From Octopus bimaculoides (taxonomy: Eukaryota): a stretch of DNA of 32,017 nt. This document shows positions 10,731-21,477 of this stretch, piece by piece. The notes under the pieces are model-generated. The model ran no database searches, was not told the origin of the DNA, and saw only the letters and a list, made by a program, of their open reading frames with translations. The stretch spans positions 2,563,039 to 2,595,055 of the forward strand of contig NC_069009.1 of assembly GCF_001194135.2 (NCBI RefSeq). Reading direction: 5' to 3'. Position numbers and translations under genes: made by a program. Within the stretch, counting starts at the first letter, position 1. The number at the start of each line of letters is the position of its first letter.

Positions 10731-10990
10731 AAAGACGCCTGTCGTATATATGTATATATATGTATGTGTATATGTTTGTGTGTCTGTGTTTGTTCCCCCA
10801 GCATCGTTTGACAACCGATGCTGGTGTGTTTACGTCCCCGTACCTTAGCGGTTCGGCAAAAGAGACCGATAGAATAAGTACTAGGCTTCCAAAGAATAAG
10901 TCCTGCGGTCGATTTGCTCGACTAAAGGCGGTGCTTCAGCATGGCCGCAGTCAAATGACTGAAACAAGTAAAAGAGTAAAAGAGTAAAGA
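10731..10990 (+). mobile_element. SINE family A, 3' two-thirds
   Basis: Near identical to 13850-14095; AAAGAGT tail repeats. Confidence 0.9.
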
Positions 10991-11202
10991 GTATATATAT
11001 ATATATATAGACACACACACACACACACACACACACAAGTATGTATATCTCCATGCAGAGGTGTTTGTAATGTATCTTTAAATGTACATAGACCACATAT
11101 ATACATCTATATCTTGGTCTCAGTGTTTACACTAAAACCAGGCTAAGACCTGGTGTTGTTCTTGTCTATATTGTGTTTGCCTCAAGTTATGTAATATAGC
11201 AG

Positions 11203-11307
11203 CCGATGTGATTGGCTTTGGACCGTTGCCCACGATGGCAGTGATCCAATGACCGACACCCTCAAAAGATTTACGCAACAAAACATTACGGATGATGTAT
11301 TATACAC
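11203..11307 (+). CDS. Candidate internal exon B (105 nt, phase 2-2): RCDWLWTVAHDGSDPMTDTLKRFTQQNITDDVLY
   Basis: Acceptor aatatagcag, donor gtatgt; open frame joins exon A in phase. Confidence 0.6.
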
Positions 11308-11544
11308 GTATGTGTGTGTGTGTGTCTGTGTGTATGTAGTTGTGCATATATATTGACATCTATCTATCTGTCTGTCTGTCTCTCTGTCTATCTATCTATC
11401 TAGCCATCCATCCATCCATCTATCTCTCCATCTATTCATCTATCTATCTATCTGTCTGTCTGTCTGTCTGTCTGTCTGCCTCTTGGTCTATCCACCTATC
11501 TGTCTGTCTATCTGTTTATGTATCTATCCATCTTTCTCTCTATC

Positions 11545-11672
11545 TGAGGCCATGCTGGAGTACTGCCTTAAAGGGTTTTAGTTGAGGAAATCGACCCCAG
11601 GACTTATTCTTTGTAAGCCTAGTACTTGTTCTGTCAGTCTCTTTTGCCGAACTACTAAGTACATATATATAT

Positions 11673-11722
<50 letters not shown>

Positions 11723-11896
11723 GTTGCAGTGAAAATAATCCTTTCTACTATAGGCACAAGGCCTGCAATTTGGGGGAGGGGTACTTATTTTATCGATGAG
11801 TTCTTGAAACTTGGTTATTTTCCCTAAAACTATATATTATATACATATATATATAAATATATACATACATATAAATATATATATATACATACATAC

Positions 11897-11953
<57 letters not shown>

Positions 11954-11959
11954 TATATA

Positions 11960-11990
<31 letters not shown>

Positions 11991-12050
11991 GGGCTTCTTT
12001 CAGTTTCCATCAACCAAATCCATTCACAAGGTTTTGATCACTATAAAAAA
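11545..12050 (-). mobile_element. SINE family A split by expanded TA/TACA microsatellites and a 74-bp duplicated segment
   Basis: 3' block at 11545-11660 and 5' block at 11988-12050. Confidence 0.7.
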
Positions 12051-12354
12051 AATCACTTGTGCAGGCTGTTCTTCAGCAAGATATTACAGAACTGTCTTTC
12101 TTGGACCACAACAAACTACCACCATAGGCCCTGCTATGACATTAAACTGCATCTGATGGTGAGGCTCCTGTCTGGGAGTTCTGGTCCCAGGTCCATTCTG
12201 ACACAGAACAGTAGTACCTGTTTGGGTCCTATCTACGGGTTACATAGATTTCCTGGGGGTAGAGAAGGCTCGTATTATTTTTGACAAAGCCATGGGGGAA
12301 GGTAGCTCTTTCAGGAGAAATATAGTCTGACATAAATGTTGCAGTGAAAATAAT

Positions 12355-12532
12355 CCTTTCTACTATAGGCACAAGGCCTGCAATTTGGGGGAGGGGTACT
12401 TATTTCATTGACCCTGAAAGGATGAAAGGCAAAGGCGACCTTGGCAGAATTTGAACTCAGAATGTAGCGACAGCCGAAATACCACTAAACATTTCGTCTA
12501 GCGCACTAATGGTTCTGTCCCCTCGTCACCTT
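12355..12532 (-). mobile_element. SINE family B
   Basis: 13-bp TSD CAGTGAAAATAAT at 12342-12354 and 12533-12545. Confidence 0.9.
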
Positions 12533-13059
12533 CAGTGAAAATAATACCAGTCATCTTGTAATGCTTGTCGCTGGAACCTAGTATGGGGACTGAAAGAGGG
12601 CCCAAAGTGTTGTGCTAGCTTTTGTCACTTAAATCCAATGACCTACAGATGTCTCACTACAGATGTGATGGTTATCGTCAGACAAGATGAGGTAACCATC
12701 GTGTATGTATGTATGTATGTATGTATGTAAAGTATAACGTAGTGTTTGGTATAGAGGTTTCAATCCCTTTTTTGAAGTTATAAAGCGTTAAGTAATTTTA
12801 TATTTATTTGTCATTATACTGGGGCACCATGAATTTTCGTTAAATGAATTGACCCCTGCACTTCTTCTTTAATCCTGGTTCTTATTTCATCAGTCTCTTT
12901 TTCCAAACCACTACATTATGAGGATGCAAACACACCAATGCCGGTTAACAAACAGTGGCTGTATATATCAATTTTTTTTTTCCCCCAGCTTAAGGCTGTT
13001 TTTTTTTGTTTTTTTTGTTTTGTTTTTTTATCCAGCTTAATGCTGTTTTTTGCACGGGG

Positions 13060-13390
13060 ACATAGAAATAATCGGACTGAATACCCGATCGCGCGGTTAA
13101 ACCATTGGGAGTGAAGGACCCCTAGCCCTTGTTAGGGCATCCTTCTAGGAGAAGGCAACTCAGGCAACTGGGATAACTCCGACATAAAACCTGCGGCTCA
13201 GTGGTTACCGATGATGTTGAATTGTTCTTCTTTTCGGGTTATGGCTACTGTTGCTTAGTGAGTGGGATTGACTCAGTGCACAGCCTTTCCTCACTTTAAA
13301 AAAAAATCTTCTTGCACAGGAACTGCACAATAACAGCATGTTAAGCTTCGTGTAATGGCCATACTCGATAACGAGAGGGCAGCCATCATG
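13060..13390 (+). mobile_element. Possible RTE-LINE 5'UTR-derived fragment
   Basis: AGGGCATCCTTCTAGGAGAAGGCAACTC resembles the RTE 5'UTR motif as I recall it. Confidence 0.35.
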
Positions 13391-13658
13391 TATGTATGTA
13401 TGTATGTATGTATGATGTTCCATGACTCCCAGGTCTGTTTTGACTTAAAACAGAATGCTAGTACCTATTTGGGTCCCACCTATGGCTTAAATAGATATCC
13501 CAGGTGTAGAAGTGGCCCCTATTATTTTTAACAAAGCCCATGGGGAAGGCAGTTCTTCCTGGAGAAAGATACTCTAACATAAAACTTGAAGTGATAATAG
13601 TATCAGTCATTTTGAAATGCTCGTCACTGGAACCCAATATGGCTACCGAGAAGGGTTA

Positions 13659-14254
13659 CCTTTAGCAATCAGATTTCTTTGTTGTATTTAGGCACAGGAG
13701 TGGCTGTGTGGTAAGTATCTTGCTTACCAACCACATGGTTCGGGTTCATTCCCATTGCGTGGCACCTTGGGCAAGTGTCTTCTACTATAGCCTCAGGCCG
13801 ACCAAAGCCTTGTGAGTGGATTTGGTAGACGGAAACTGAAAGAAGCCCGTCGTATATATGTATATATATGTATGTGTGTATATGTTTGTGTGTCTGGTTT
13901 GTCCCCCCAGCATCGCTTGACAACCGATGGTGGTGTGTTTACGTCCCTATAACTTAGCAGTTCGGCAAAAGAGACCGATAGAATAAGTACTAGGCTTCCA
14001 AAGAATAAGTCCTGGGGTCGATTTGCTCGACTAAAAGACGGTGCTCCAGCATGGCCACAGTCAAATGACTGAAACCAGTAAAAGAGTAAAGAGTATGTAA
14101 TATTTATTCCCATTGTTTTGAACTAATGAAGCATTATCTTGTAGCTTCAAGATTTCAATAGTGTGTTTGAACATTTTGGGAATGACATTGTAAGGTAGGT
14201 TTGGGAGCAGGTAAAATATTTGGACCAGATAAGGGTGGATTAAATACTAAAAGG
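13659..14254. mobile_element. piggyBac-type MITE (same family as 5211-5431, inverted) carrying a SINE
   Basis: CATTGTTTTGAACTAAT..GCATTATCTTGTAGCT shared; ends CCTTTAG and CTAAAAGG TTAA. Confidence 0.75.
13691..14095 (+). mobile_element. SINE family A, full length
   Basis: tRNA-like head GGCACAGGAGTGGCTGTGTGGTAAG...GGTTCGGGTTCATTCCC, core, (TA/TG)n middle and AAGAGTA tail. Confidence 0.92.
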
Positions 14255-15149
14255 TTAAATCTAATGACAGATTTATTGTGAACATTTGAATGTAAAACGG
14301 TTATCATCTGACAAGATGAGGCAATCATCATGTATGTATGTTCCATTACTCCCACGTCCATTTTGACCCGAAACAGAACAACAGTACATGTTAGGGTCCC
14401 ATCTATCTCCCATGGGTAGAAGAGGCCCCCCCCCCGTTATTTTTGACAAAGCTGTAAGGGAAAACAGCCCTTCTAGAAGAAAGATAGTCTGACATAAAAC
14501 TTGTAGTCAAAATAACATCAGTCATTTTGAAATGCTTATCACTGGAACCTGCTATGGCGACCGAGAAGAGTGGCAAAAGTGTTGTACAAGCTTTTGTTAC
14601 CTTAATCTCAAAACACACAGATACCTTGCTATAGATGTGATAGCTATCATCAAACAAAAAGAGGGAATCATCATGTATATATCTATGTTCCATTCCCCCC
14701 AGGTCTGTTTTGACCCAAAACAGAATGATAGTATCTGTCTGGGTCCCATTTATGGGTGAAATAGATATCCCAGGGGTAGAGAAGACTCGCATTATTTGAC
14801 GAAGCTATGGGGAAGGCAGCTCTTTCAGGAGGATGATACTCTGGCATAAAAATTGCAGTGGCAATAGCATCAGTCATCTAGAAATGCTTGTCACTGGAAC
14901 CTACTTGGCAAACCAAAGAGAGAATAGCATAAGGCACGACTACTCCTGGCCCACTAGCGTTTTCCCCATCTCTCTGCCCTGGATAGGCGACTGTTCATTG
15001 ACCCCTGAAATGATAAAAGGCAAGGTTGACCTCGGTGGGATTTGAACTCATATCGCAGTGTTTCAGAGCAAATCCCACTTGATATCTTACAGGATGCTTT
15101 AGTGACGATGCCAATTTATCCTACCAGGACATTATGGAGAAAGCTTGTA

Positions 15150-15810
15150 GCATGTATCCTGGTCTGCATGTTACAACTGTGAAAAATCTCACTTTATTGT
15201 GTTTGAAAGTAAAGGACATGCTGGATATCGTCAGCCAGAATGATGGTCATGGTAAGAATGTCTTTGATTTTAAGCCTCTAGGAGTAGCTTGATATGCTAG
15301 AAATAGCAGCTGAAATTGTGTTAATCACACATTATTGTGTTTGAAAGTGAAGGACATTCTGGATATTGTCAGCTAGAGTCTAATACAAATAGGAAAAAAG
15401 ATAGGATGTGATGGTCATGGTAAGACTGTCTTTGATTTTAAGCTTCTAGGGGTAGCTTGATATGCTAGAAATAGCAGCTGAAATTATGTTAAATCACACT
15501 TCATTGTTTAAAAGTGGAAGACATGTTAGATTTTGTGACTCTAGGTTTCCTACAGATGGGATGGACATAGTGAGATTGTTTTTGATTATAAGCCTCTAAG
15601 GGGTAACCTGATATGTTAGTAATAGCAGCCAAAATTCTGTAAAATCATATTTTATCATGTTTGAAAGCGAAGGACATGTTAGACATTGTGACCCCAGGGT
15701 TCCATACATATAAAGAAAAAGGGATTGGGTGGGATGGTCATGAGTGACCTATCGTTGATCATAAGATTGTTGAATCAAGAGTATCTTGGGGCTAAACGGC
15801 TACAATAGTG
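15150..15810 (+). repeat. Tandem 140-170-bp units of family E
   Basis: TTTGAAAGT.AAGGACAT...GATGGTCATGG...GCTAGAAATAGCAGC repeated about 4 times; ends GGGGCTAAAC. Confidence 0.8.
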
Positions 15811-16290
15811 ACAACAACAAAACTACCAACACAACTACTACTACAGTACTACCACAACAACACCTGTACTACTACCATTATCATTCAGTAGTACCACTGC
15901 CATAACAGCAGTACTACAGCCAAAACTACGACAGAACTACCACTTGTACCACAACAGGTTTAATACTACAACCACCACCACAACTACAGCAGTAGTACCA
16001 CAACCACCACTGTCACCACAACAGTACAATCACCACTACAATAGCAATAGTAATACTACTTCTACAACAACAATAGTACTACATCCGCCACCACAACGAC
16101 ACTACCACCGCCGCCACAACACAACTGCCACTTATACAACCAACCACACTACCACTACAACAACAGAAACAACACTACTACTACTACTATTACCACTGCC
16201 ACGACACAACCCTACTACCACTGATACAATAACAGTACTACTACCCACACAACAACAAAACACTACTACTTATACGCAACAGCACTTACC
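15810..16290. repeat. Degenerate (CAA/CTA/CCA)n field
   Basis: Direct reading. Confidence 0.9.
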
Positions 16291-16384
16291 TTAATGATCA
16301 AACTCCAGATGGATAAAAGTATGGAAGACACGTCAAGACTGCTTTGCCTTGTTTTTGCCTTTCCGTCGATATTTCTTCAATACA

Positions 16385-16880
16385 TATGTCTATATATTTT
16401 CAAGGGGTTTAATACTGACCCCATAAACAGGTAGTCGGTAGTATAGGCGCTAGTGAGAGCAGTGGTGTCTCTGCTACTGTGTTACAGAGGTAGAACTACA
16501 CGAAGAGAACGAGAAAGTGTTCATCTGTATGGTTTAAAAATCAACATCAAAACTGCGTATGTGTCATTCCTTCTCTTAAATATATTTATCTTTAAGGGTT
16601 TTAGGCTTGACGCCTAAACAATTAATGGGTAGTATAGGCGCTAGTAGCAGCAGTGGTGTCCTTACTGCTGTGTTACAGTGGTAGAATCATACGAAGAGAG
16701 AGAGGGAAAGAGAGAGAAACTGTCCATCTGCATGTTTTAAAGTCAACATCAAAACCGCGTATTCTTCATTCCTTCTCATGAATGTATTACGTTTTTTTTT
16801 AAGGATTTCAAGACAGCCTCCTTAAATGGTTGGTGAACGGTATGGGTGCTAGTAACAGCAGTAGTGTTGGTGGTGCTGCT
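16385..16880. repeat. About 190-207-bp tandem repeat, 2.5 copies
   Basis: GTAGTATAGGCGCTAGT, GCAGTGGTGTC, TCAACATCAAAAC.GCGTAT and TCATTCCTTCTC recur; anchors at 16402, 16594 and 16801. Confidence 0.85.
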
Positions 16881-17084
16881 GTAGCAGTGGTTGTGCTATA
16901 GTAGGGGGAAAAAAGGGGGCGCTAGAATAACGAGGGAGAGAGAGAGCGTGTGTGTGTCTGTGTGTATGGCTGTATCGATAGTGAAAGTAAGTTAAATGTT
17001 TTCAACTGCTGAGGAAGACTTCGCGCCTCACCACGACGACGACGACATGGAATAGAGTGAGATGCAGGGTAGTAGTAGCAGTAG

Positions 17085-17097
17085 TAGTAGTAGTAGC

Positions 17098-17159
<62 letters not shown>

Positions 17160-17265
17160 TAGTTACAATGGTTGTAGTAGTTGTTATTGTTACAGTAGTA
17201 GCAGCAGTAGTAGTAGTAGTAGTAGTAGCAGTAGTAGTAGTAGTAGTTACAGTAGTAGTAGTTAC

Positions 17266-17299
<34 letters not shown>

Positions 17300-17860
17300 A
17301 TAGTAGCAGTAGNNNNNNNNNNNNNNNNNNNNNNNNNNNNNNNNNNNNNNNNNNNNNNNNNNNNNNNNNNNNNNNNNNNNNNNNNNNNNNNNNNNNNNNN
17401 NNNNNNNNNNNNNNNNNNNNNNNNNNNNNNNNNNNNNNNNNNNNNNNNNNNNNNNNNNNNNNNNNNNNNNNNNNNNNNNNNNNNNNNNNNNNNNNNNNNN
17501 NNNNNNNNNNNNNNNNNNNNNNNNNNNNNNNNNNNNNNNNGTGGTGGTGAATGAGGCAGTAGTGCATGATTGTGTTATAGCCATGATTGTGGTATTGGTA
17601 GTGGAGTAGTATAGGTGGTAGTGTAGTGAAATACTTATGGTGGTAGCAGTATTACAGTTGGTGGTAGTTGAGGTAGCAGTAAAGGTGGTGTGGGGATGGT
17701 AGTTGTGGTGGCAGTGGTGGTGGTGGTGGTGGTGGTGGTGGTGGCGGAAGCTATGTGATAGTGCTTAGGTGGTAGTATAGCTAATGTGGTGATGTAGTGT
17801 TGGTGGTAGTTTAGTGGTGATGGTAGGCCAATGTTGATACTGATGTGGTGGAACTTGGTA
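17085..17860. repeat. (GTA)n/(GTG)n field with a gap
   Basis: Direct reading. Confidence 0.9.
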
Positions 17861-17864
17861 CTTT

Positions 17865-18245
17865 GGCCCTTGGTCAGTCCTGATCTGGTAGACCTATGAT
17901 CAAAGACGTTCCAATTGTGACCACCCTCTCTTTTATTCAGACATAGTGTATCTAGGACTACATATTCTAATGTACAGTATAGCAGCTATGGTTGTGGTTC
18001 AGCCCTAGGGCAGTCCTGATCCAAGTGACAGACCTATGATCAAAGATGTTCCGGCTATGACCATCCCATCTCTTATTGAGACATAGTGTATCTTGGACTA
18101 CACTATCTAATGTACAGTATAGTAGTTAGTATTAGTGACTATAGTTGTTGTTTAGCCCTAGGTCGGTCCTAATCCAGCAGGCTTTTGATTAAAGGTGTTC
18201 CAATTATGACCATCACATCTTTGATCCAAACATTGTGTATCCAAA
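17865..18245 (-). repeat. Three tandem family E units, inverted relative to 15150-15810
   Basis: GTCAGTCCTGATC..AGACCTATGATCAAAGA..TTCC..ATGACCATCC repeated. Confidence 0.8.
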
Positions 18246-18389
18246 AACAAAATAGCATGGTCAAATAAATCAGCCCCGGTACTTAATTTTTTTTTTTTTT
18301 TTTGCTAAGCCTGGTACTTATTCTATTGGTCTCTTTTGCCAAACCACTAAGTTACAGGGTTTTGTACATAGTGATGTTCTAGAGAATGT

Positions 18390-18706
18390 TTAAGAAACCA
18401 TAAGAAAATTATGTGTTTGTTTTAAAATTTGAGATCGCATAGACAGTATTTTACGTAGGATATGGGCAGTTCCCATGAGCACTATCTTTTGAAATTCTGC
18501 CGTTTTGGGGTTTTCTGGTATCTGAGCTAGGTAGCAATCAGTCCCTTTTGCTATCATTCCCAGGGCACCCATGACAACAGGTATTGTTTTAGTCTTCAGG
18601 TTCCACATTTTGCCAATTTCTATTTCAAGATCTTTGTACTGGCTCAGTTTTTGGTAGGTCTTGACAGATACGTTTATATCGATTGGGACAGTCATATCAA
18701 TAAGGA
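18390..18706 (-). pseudogene. C-terminus of an R4/Dong-like non-LTR retrotransposon restriction-like endonuclease; remainder lost in the gap
   Basis: LIDMTVP..KLSQYKDLEIEIGKMWNLKTKTIPVVMGALG...QKIVLMGTAHILRKILS. Confidence 0.85.
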
Positions 18707-19689
18707 NNNNNNNNNNNNNNNNNNNNNNNNNNNNNNNNNNNNNNNNNNNNNNNNNNNNNNNNNNNNNNNNNNNNNNNNNNNNNNNNNNNNNNNNNNNNNN
18801 NNNNNNNNNNNNNNNNNNNNNNNNNNNNNNNNNNNNNNNNNNNNNNNNNNNNNNNNNNNNNNNNNNNNNNNNNNNNNNNNNNNNNNNNNNNNNNNNNNNN
18901 NNNNNNNNNNNNNNNNNNNNNNNNNNNNNNNNNNNNNNNNNNNNNNNNNNNNNNNNNNNNNNNNNNNNNNNNNNNNNNNNNNNNNNNNNNNNNNNNNNNN
19001 NNNNNNNNNNNNNNNNNNNNNNNNNNNNNNNNNNNNNNNNNNNNNNNNNNNNNNNNNNNNNNNNNNNNNNNNNNNNNNNNNNNNNNNNNNNNNNNNNNNN
19101 NNNNNNNNNNNNNNNNNNNNNNNNNNNNNNNNNNNNNNNNNNNNNNNNNNNNNNNNNNNNNNNNNNNNNNNNNNNNNNNNNNNNNNNNNNNNNNNNNNNN
19201 NNNNNNNNNNNNNNNNNNNNNNNNNNNNNNNNNNNNNNNNNNNNNNNNNNNNNNNNNNNNNNNNNNNNNNNNNNNNNNNNNNNNNNNNNNNNNNNNNNNN
19301 NNNNNNNNNNNNNNNNNNNNNNNNNNNNNNNNNNNNNNNNNNNNNNNNNNNNNNNNNNNNNNNNNNNNNNNNNNNNNNNNNNNNNNNNNNNNNNNNNNNN
19401 NNNNNNNNNNNNNNNNNNNNNNNNNNNNNNNNNNNNNNNNNNNNNNNNNNNNNNNNNNNNNNNNNNNNNNNNNNNNNNNNNNNNNNNNNNNNNNNNNNNN
19501 NNNNNNNNNNNNNNNNNNNNNNNNNNNNNNNNTAACACCATCTAAAACTTACTTGTAGAAAATTTTATTAAAAATAACAATTTTTCAGGAAGTTATGAGG
19601 AAACAAAAAGACAGTTAGGAACACCTTCTGTAGTTATGCCCAATTGATGTACATAAATTAAAATCCATTTTTCTGATTTATTCTCCTAT

Positions 19690-19917
19690 TTCTTGAACAA
19701 CCTTTCAAGTATAAAGAACCTGACCACTGATTTGCATTCAATTGCCTCCATTATAACACCTTAGTCCACTTCAGCAGCCATAAAAGACAAACGAATCCTA
19801 GTGGAAAGCTGCAATTTACAATGTGGCATGTAGAGACATGTATAATTATATCTGTACAAGTTCTATTTCCTGCAATAGCCAGAAGTGGGTCAGGGGAAGT
19901 CTTTAATGAACACCCTC
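19690..19917 (-). mobile_element. Mariner-like 5' end relic
   Basis: Begins TA-TGAGGGTGTTC next to (TA)n; ATG at 19751 gives MEAIECKSVVRFF. Confidence 0.5.
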
Positions 19918-19944
<27 letters not shown>

Positions 19945-19950
<6 letters not shown>

Positions 19951-20250
19951 TATATAAAACTGAGAATGTCTGTCTATCTGTGTGTCCGTATGTGTGCCTC
20001 ACTAAAACTTGTGAACTACCCAACTGATTTCATTCAAATTTTACACACGTCTTACTTAGGGTCCATACAGTGTCATGGGTCAAAAACGTTTTGAACTTCT
20101 GGTCTAATGCGACGCCGGAGCAATCTCTTATTTCTTACACTATTTCAGTATTACGTGTCAAAAGTGAAACAATAGTATCTCTATTGTAATGTGAGATAAT
20201 ACTTTCAGTTTTAATAGTTTCAGTATTAATATTGAAACTATTGTCTCACA
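19945..20250 (+). mobile_element. Non-autonomous Helitron-like 5' segment
   Basis: TATATATAAAACTGAGAATGTCTGTCT...ACTGATTTCATTCAAATTTTACACAC pattern; recognised from memory only. Confidence 0.4.
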
Positions 20251-20811
20251 TATATACATGCATATATATANNNNNNNNNNNNNNNNNNNNNNNNNNNNNN
20301 NNNNNNNNNNNNNNNNNNNNNNNNNNNNNNNNNNNNNNNNNNNNNNNNNNNNNNNNNNNNNNNNNNNNNNNNNNNNNNNNNNNNNNNNNNNNNNNNNNNN
20401 NNNNNNNNNNNNNNNNNNNNNNNNNNNNNNNNNNNNNNNNNNNNNNNNNNNNNNNNNNNNNNNNNNNNNNNNNNNNNNNNNNNNNNNNNNNNNNNNNNNN
20501 NNNNNNNNNNNNNNNNNNNNNNNNNNNNNNNNNNNNNNNNNNNNNNNNNNNNNNNNNNNNNNNNNNNNNNNNNNNNNNNNNNNNNNNNNNNNNNNNNNNN
20601 NNNNNNNNNNNNNNNNNNNNNNNNNNNNNNNNNNNNNNNNNNNNNNNNNNNNNNNNNNNNNNNNNNNNNNNNNNNTTCTAAAAGACATCTGAACGCTTCT
20701 AAAAGCAAACTTCGTTTGTTTATTTACGTTTGTCGTAATTTGAATTTAACATATGAGAGCGTCTCATAAAGCGAGATTTATATATCTTAATTTGCAGAGG
20801 AATTTGTAGTG

Positions 20812-20886
20812 GGTAGTTTAGCTTAATCGGTCAAAGCATTGTGACATGTAATCACGGGGATGTGAGTTCGAGTCCACAGCTAGCCA
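20812..20886 (+). pseudogene. tRNA-Thr(TGT)-like sequence, degenerate
   Basis: D stem GCTT/AAGC, anticodon arm TGTGA-CATGTAA-TCACG, TTCGAGT T loop; T and acceptor stems are imperfect. Confidence 0.5.
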
Positions 20887-21294
20887 CCTACACTTTTCTC
20901 TGCAAAATAGGGGTAGTTTATCCTGTTCAGGCTATATTATTAGCATTATTCTGCGATTGAGGATTTAAAATCACTTCTTTAACTTTCTAAATAAGACATC
21001 TCAACGCTTCTAAAACGTTTGTCGTAATTTGAATTTAACATATATATGCATGTATATATGTTTATATACATCTGCACATATATATGCTTTATATATAGCT
21101 TTATACTATCAATTATATACCAATAATGATGCAACAACTATAAAGCTTGAAACACGTGTACCGCAGAATCCTTTGCGTTTTGTTTTTATTTTTACATTTC
21201 CAATTTATGTATGTATATATATATAGATGTATATGTATAGATGTATATATTTACATGCATATGTATAGATGTATATATACACATGATGTATATA

Positions 21295-21325
21295 CTAGCT
21301 GTTAGACCCAACGTTGTCCGTGTTT
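21295..21325 (-). mobile_element. Possible Helitron 3' terminus
   Basis: Minus strand CACGGACAACGTTGGGT..CAGCTAG|T, i.e. a decayed hairpin followed by CTAG. Confidence 0.35.
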
Positions 21326-21477
21326 TCATCTATTACGTTTTCTTGTGTATGTTGGTACCAAACACCCATCTGTTGTTGTCAATGATGACCAAGGACATCA
21401 CATGGGAGAAGACGGAGCAGAGTGTGGCTGACTGTGGCCAATCAGTCTGAGGTGTGCACAGAAGGCTCTGCTCCAAG

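Larger units (their letters stand above)
12190..14920. repeat. Degenerate tandem array of an about 340-bp unit, 4 copies, with later insertions
   Basis: Shared CCCAGGTC..TTTGAC, GGGTCCCA, GACAAAGC, GGGGAAGG, CAGTCAT..GAAATGCT..TCACTGGAACC; units near 12190, 13385, 14326 and 14666. Confidence 0.8.

Noticed and set aside
12068-12161. Phase-compatible-looking exon ending ATG|gtgagg
   Set aside because: The donor lies in repeat-derived sequence leading into the 340-bp array, and the exon would end in phase 0.
16997-17070. Short ORF MFSTAEEDFAPHHDDDDME*
   Set aside because: Too short, no convincing acceptor, and the acidic run is a GAC microsatellite.
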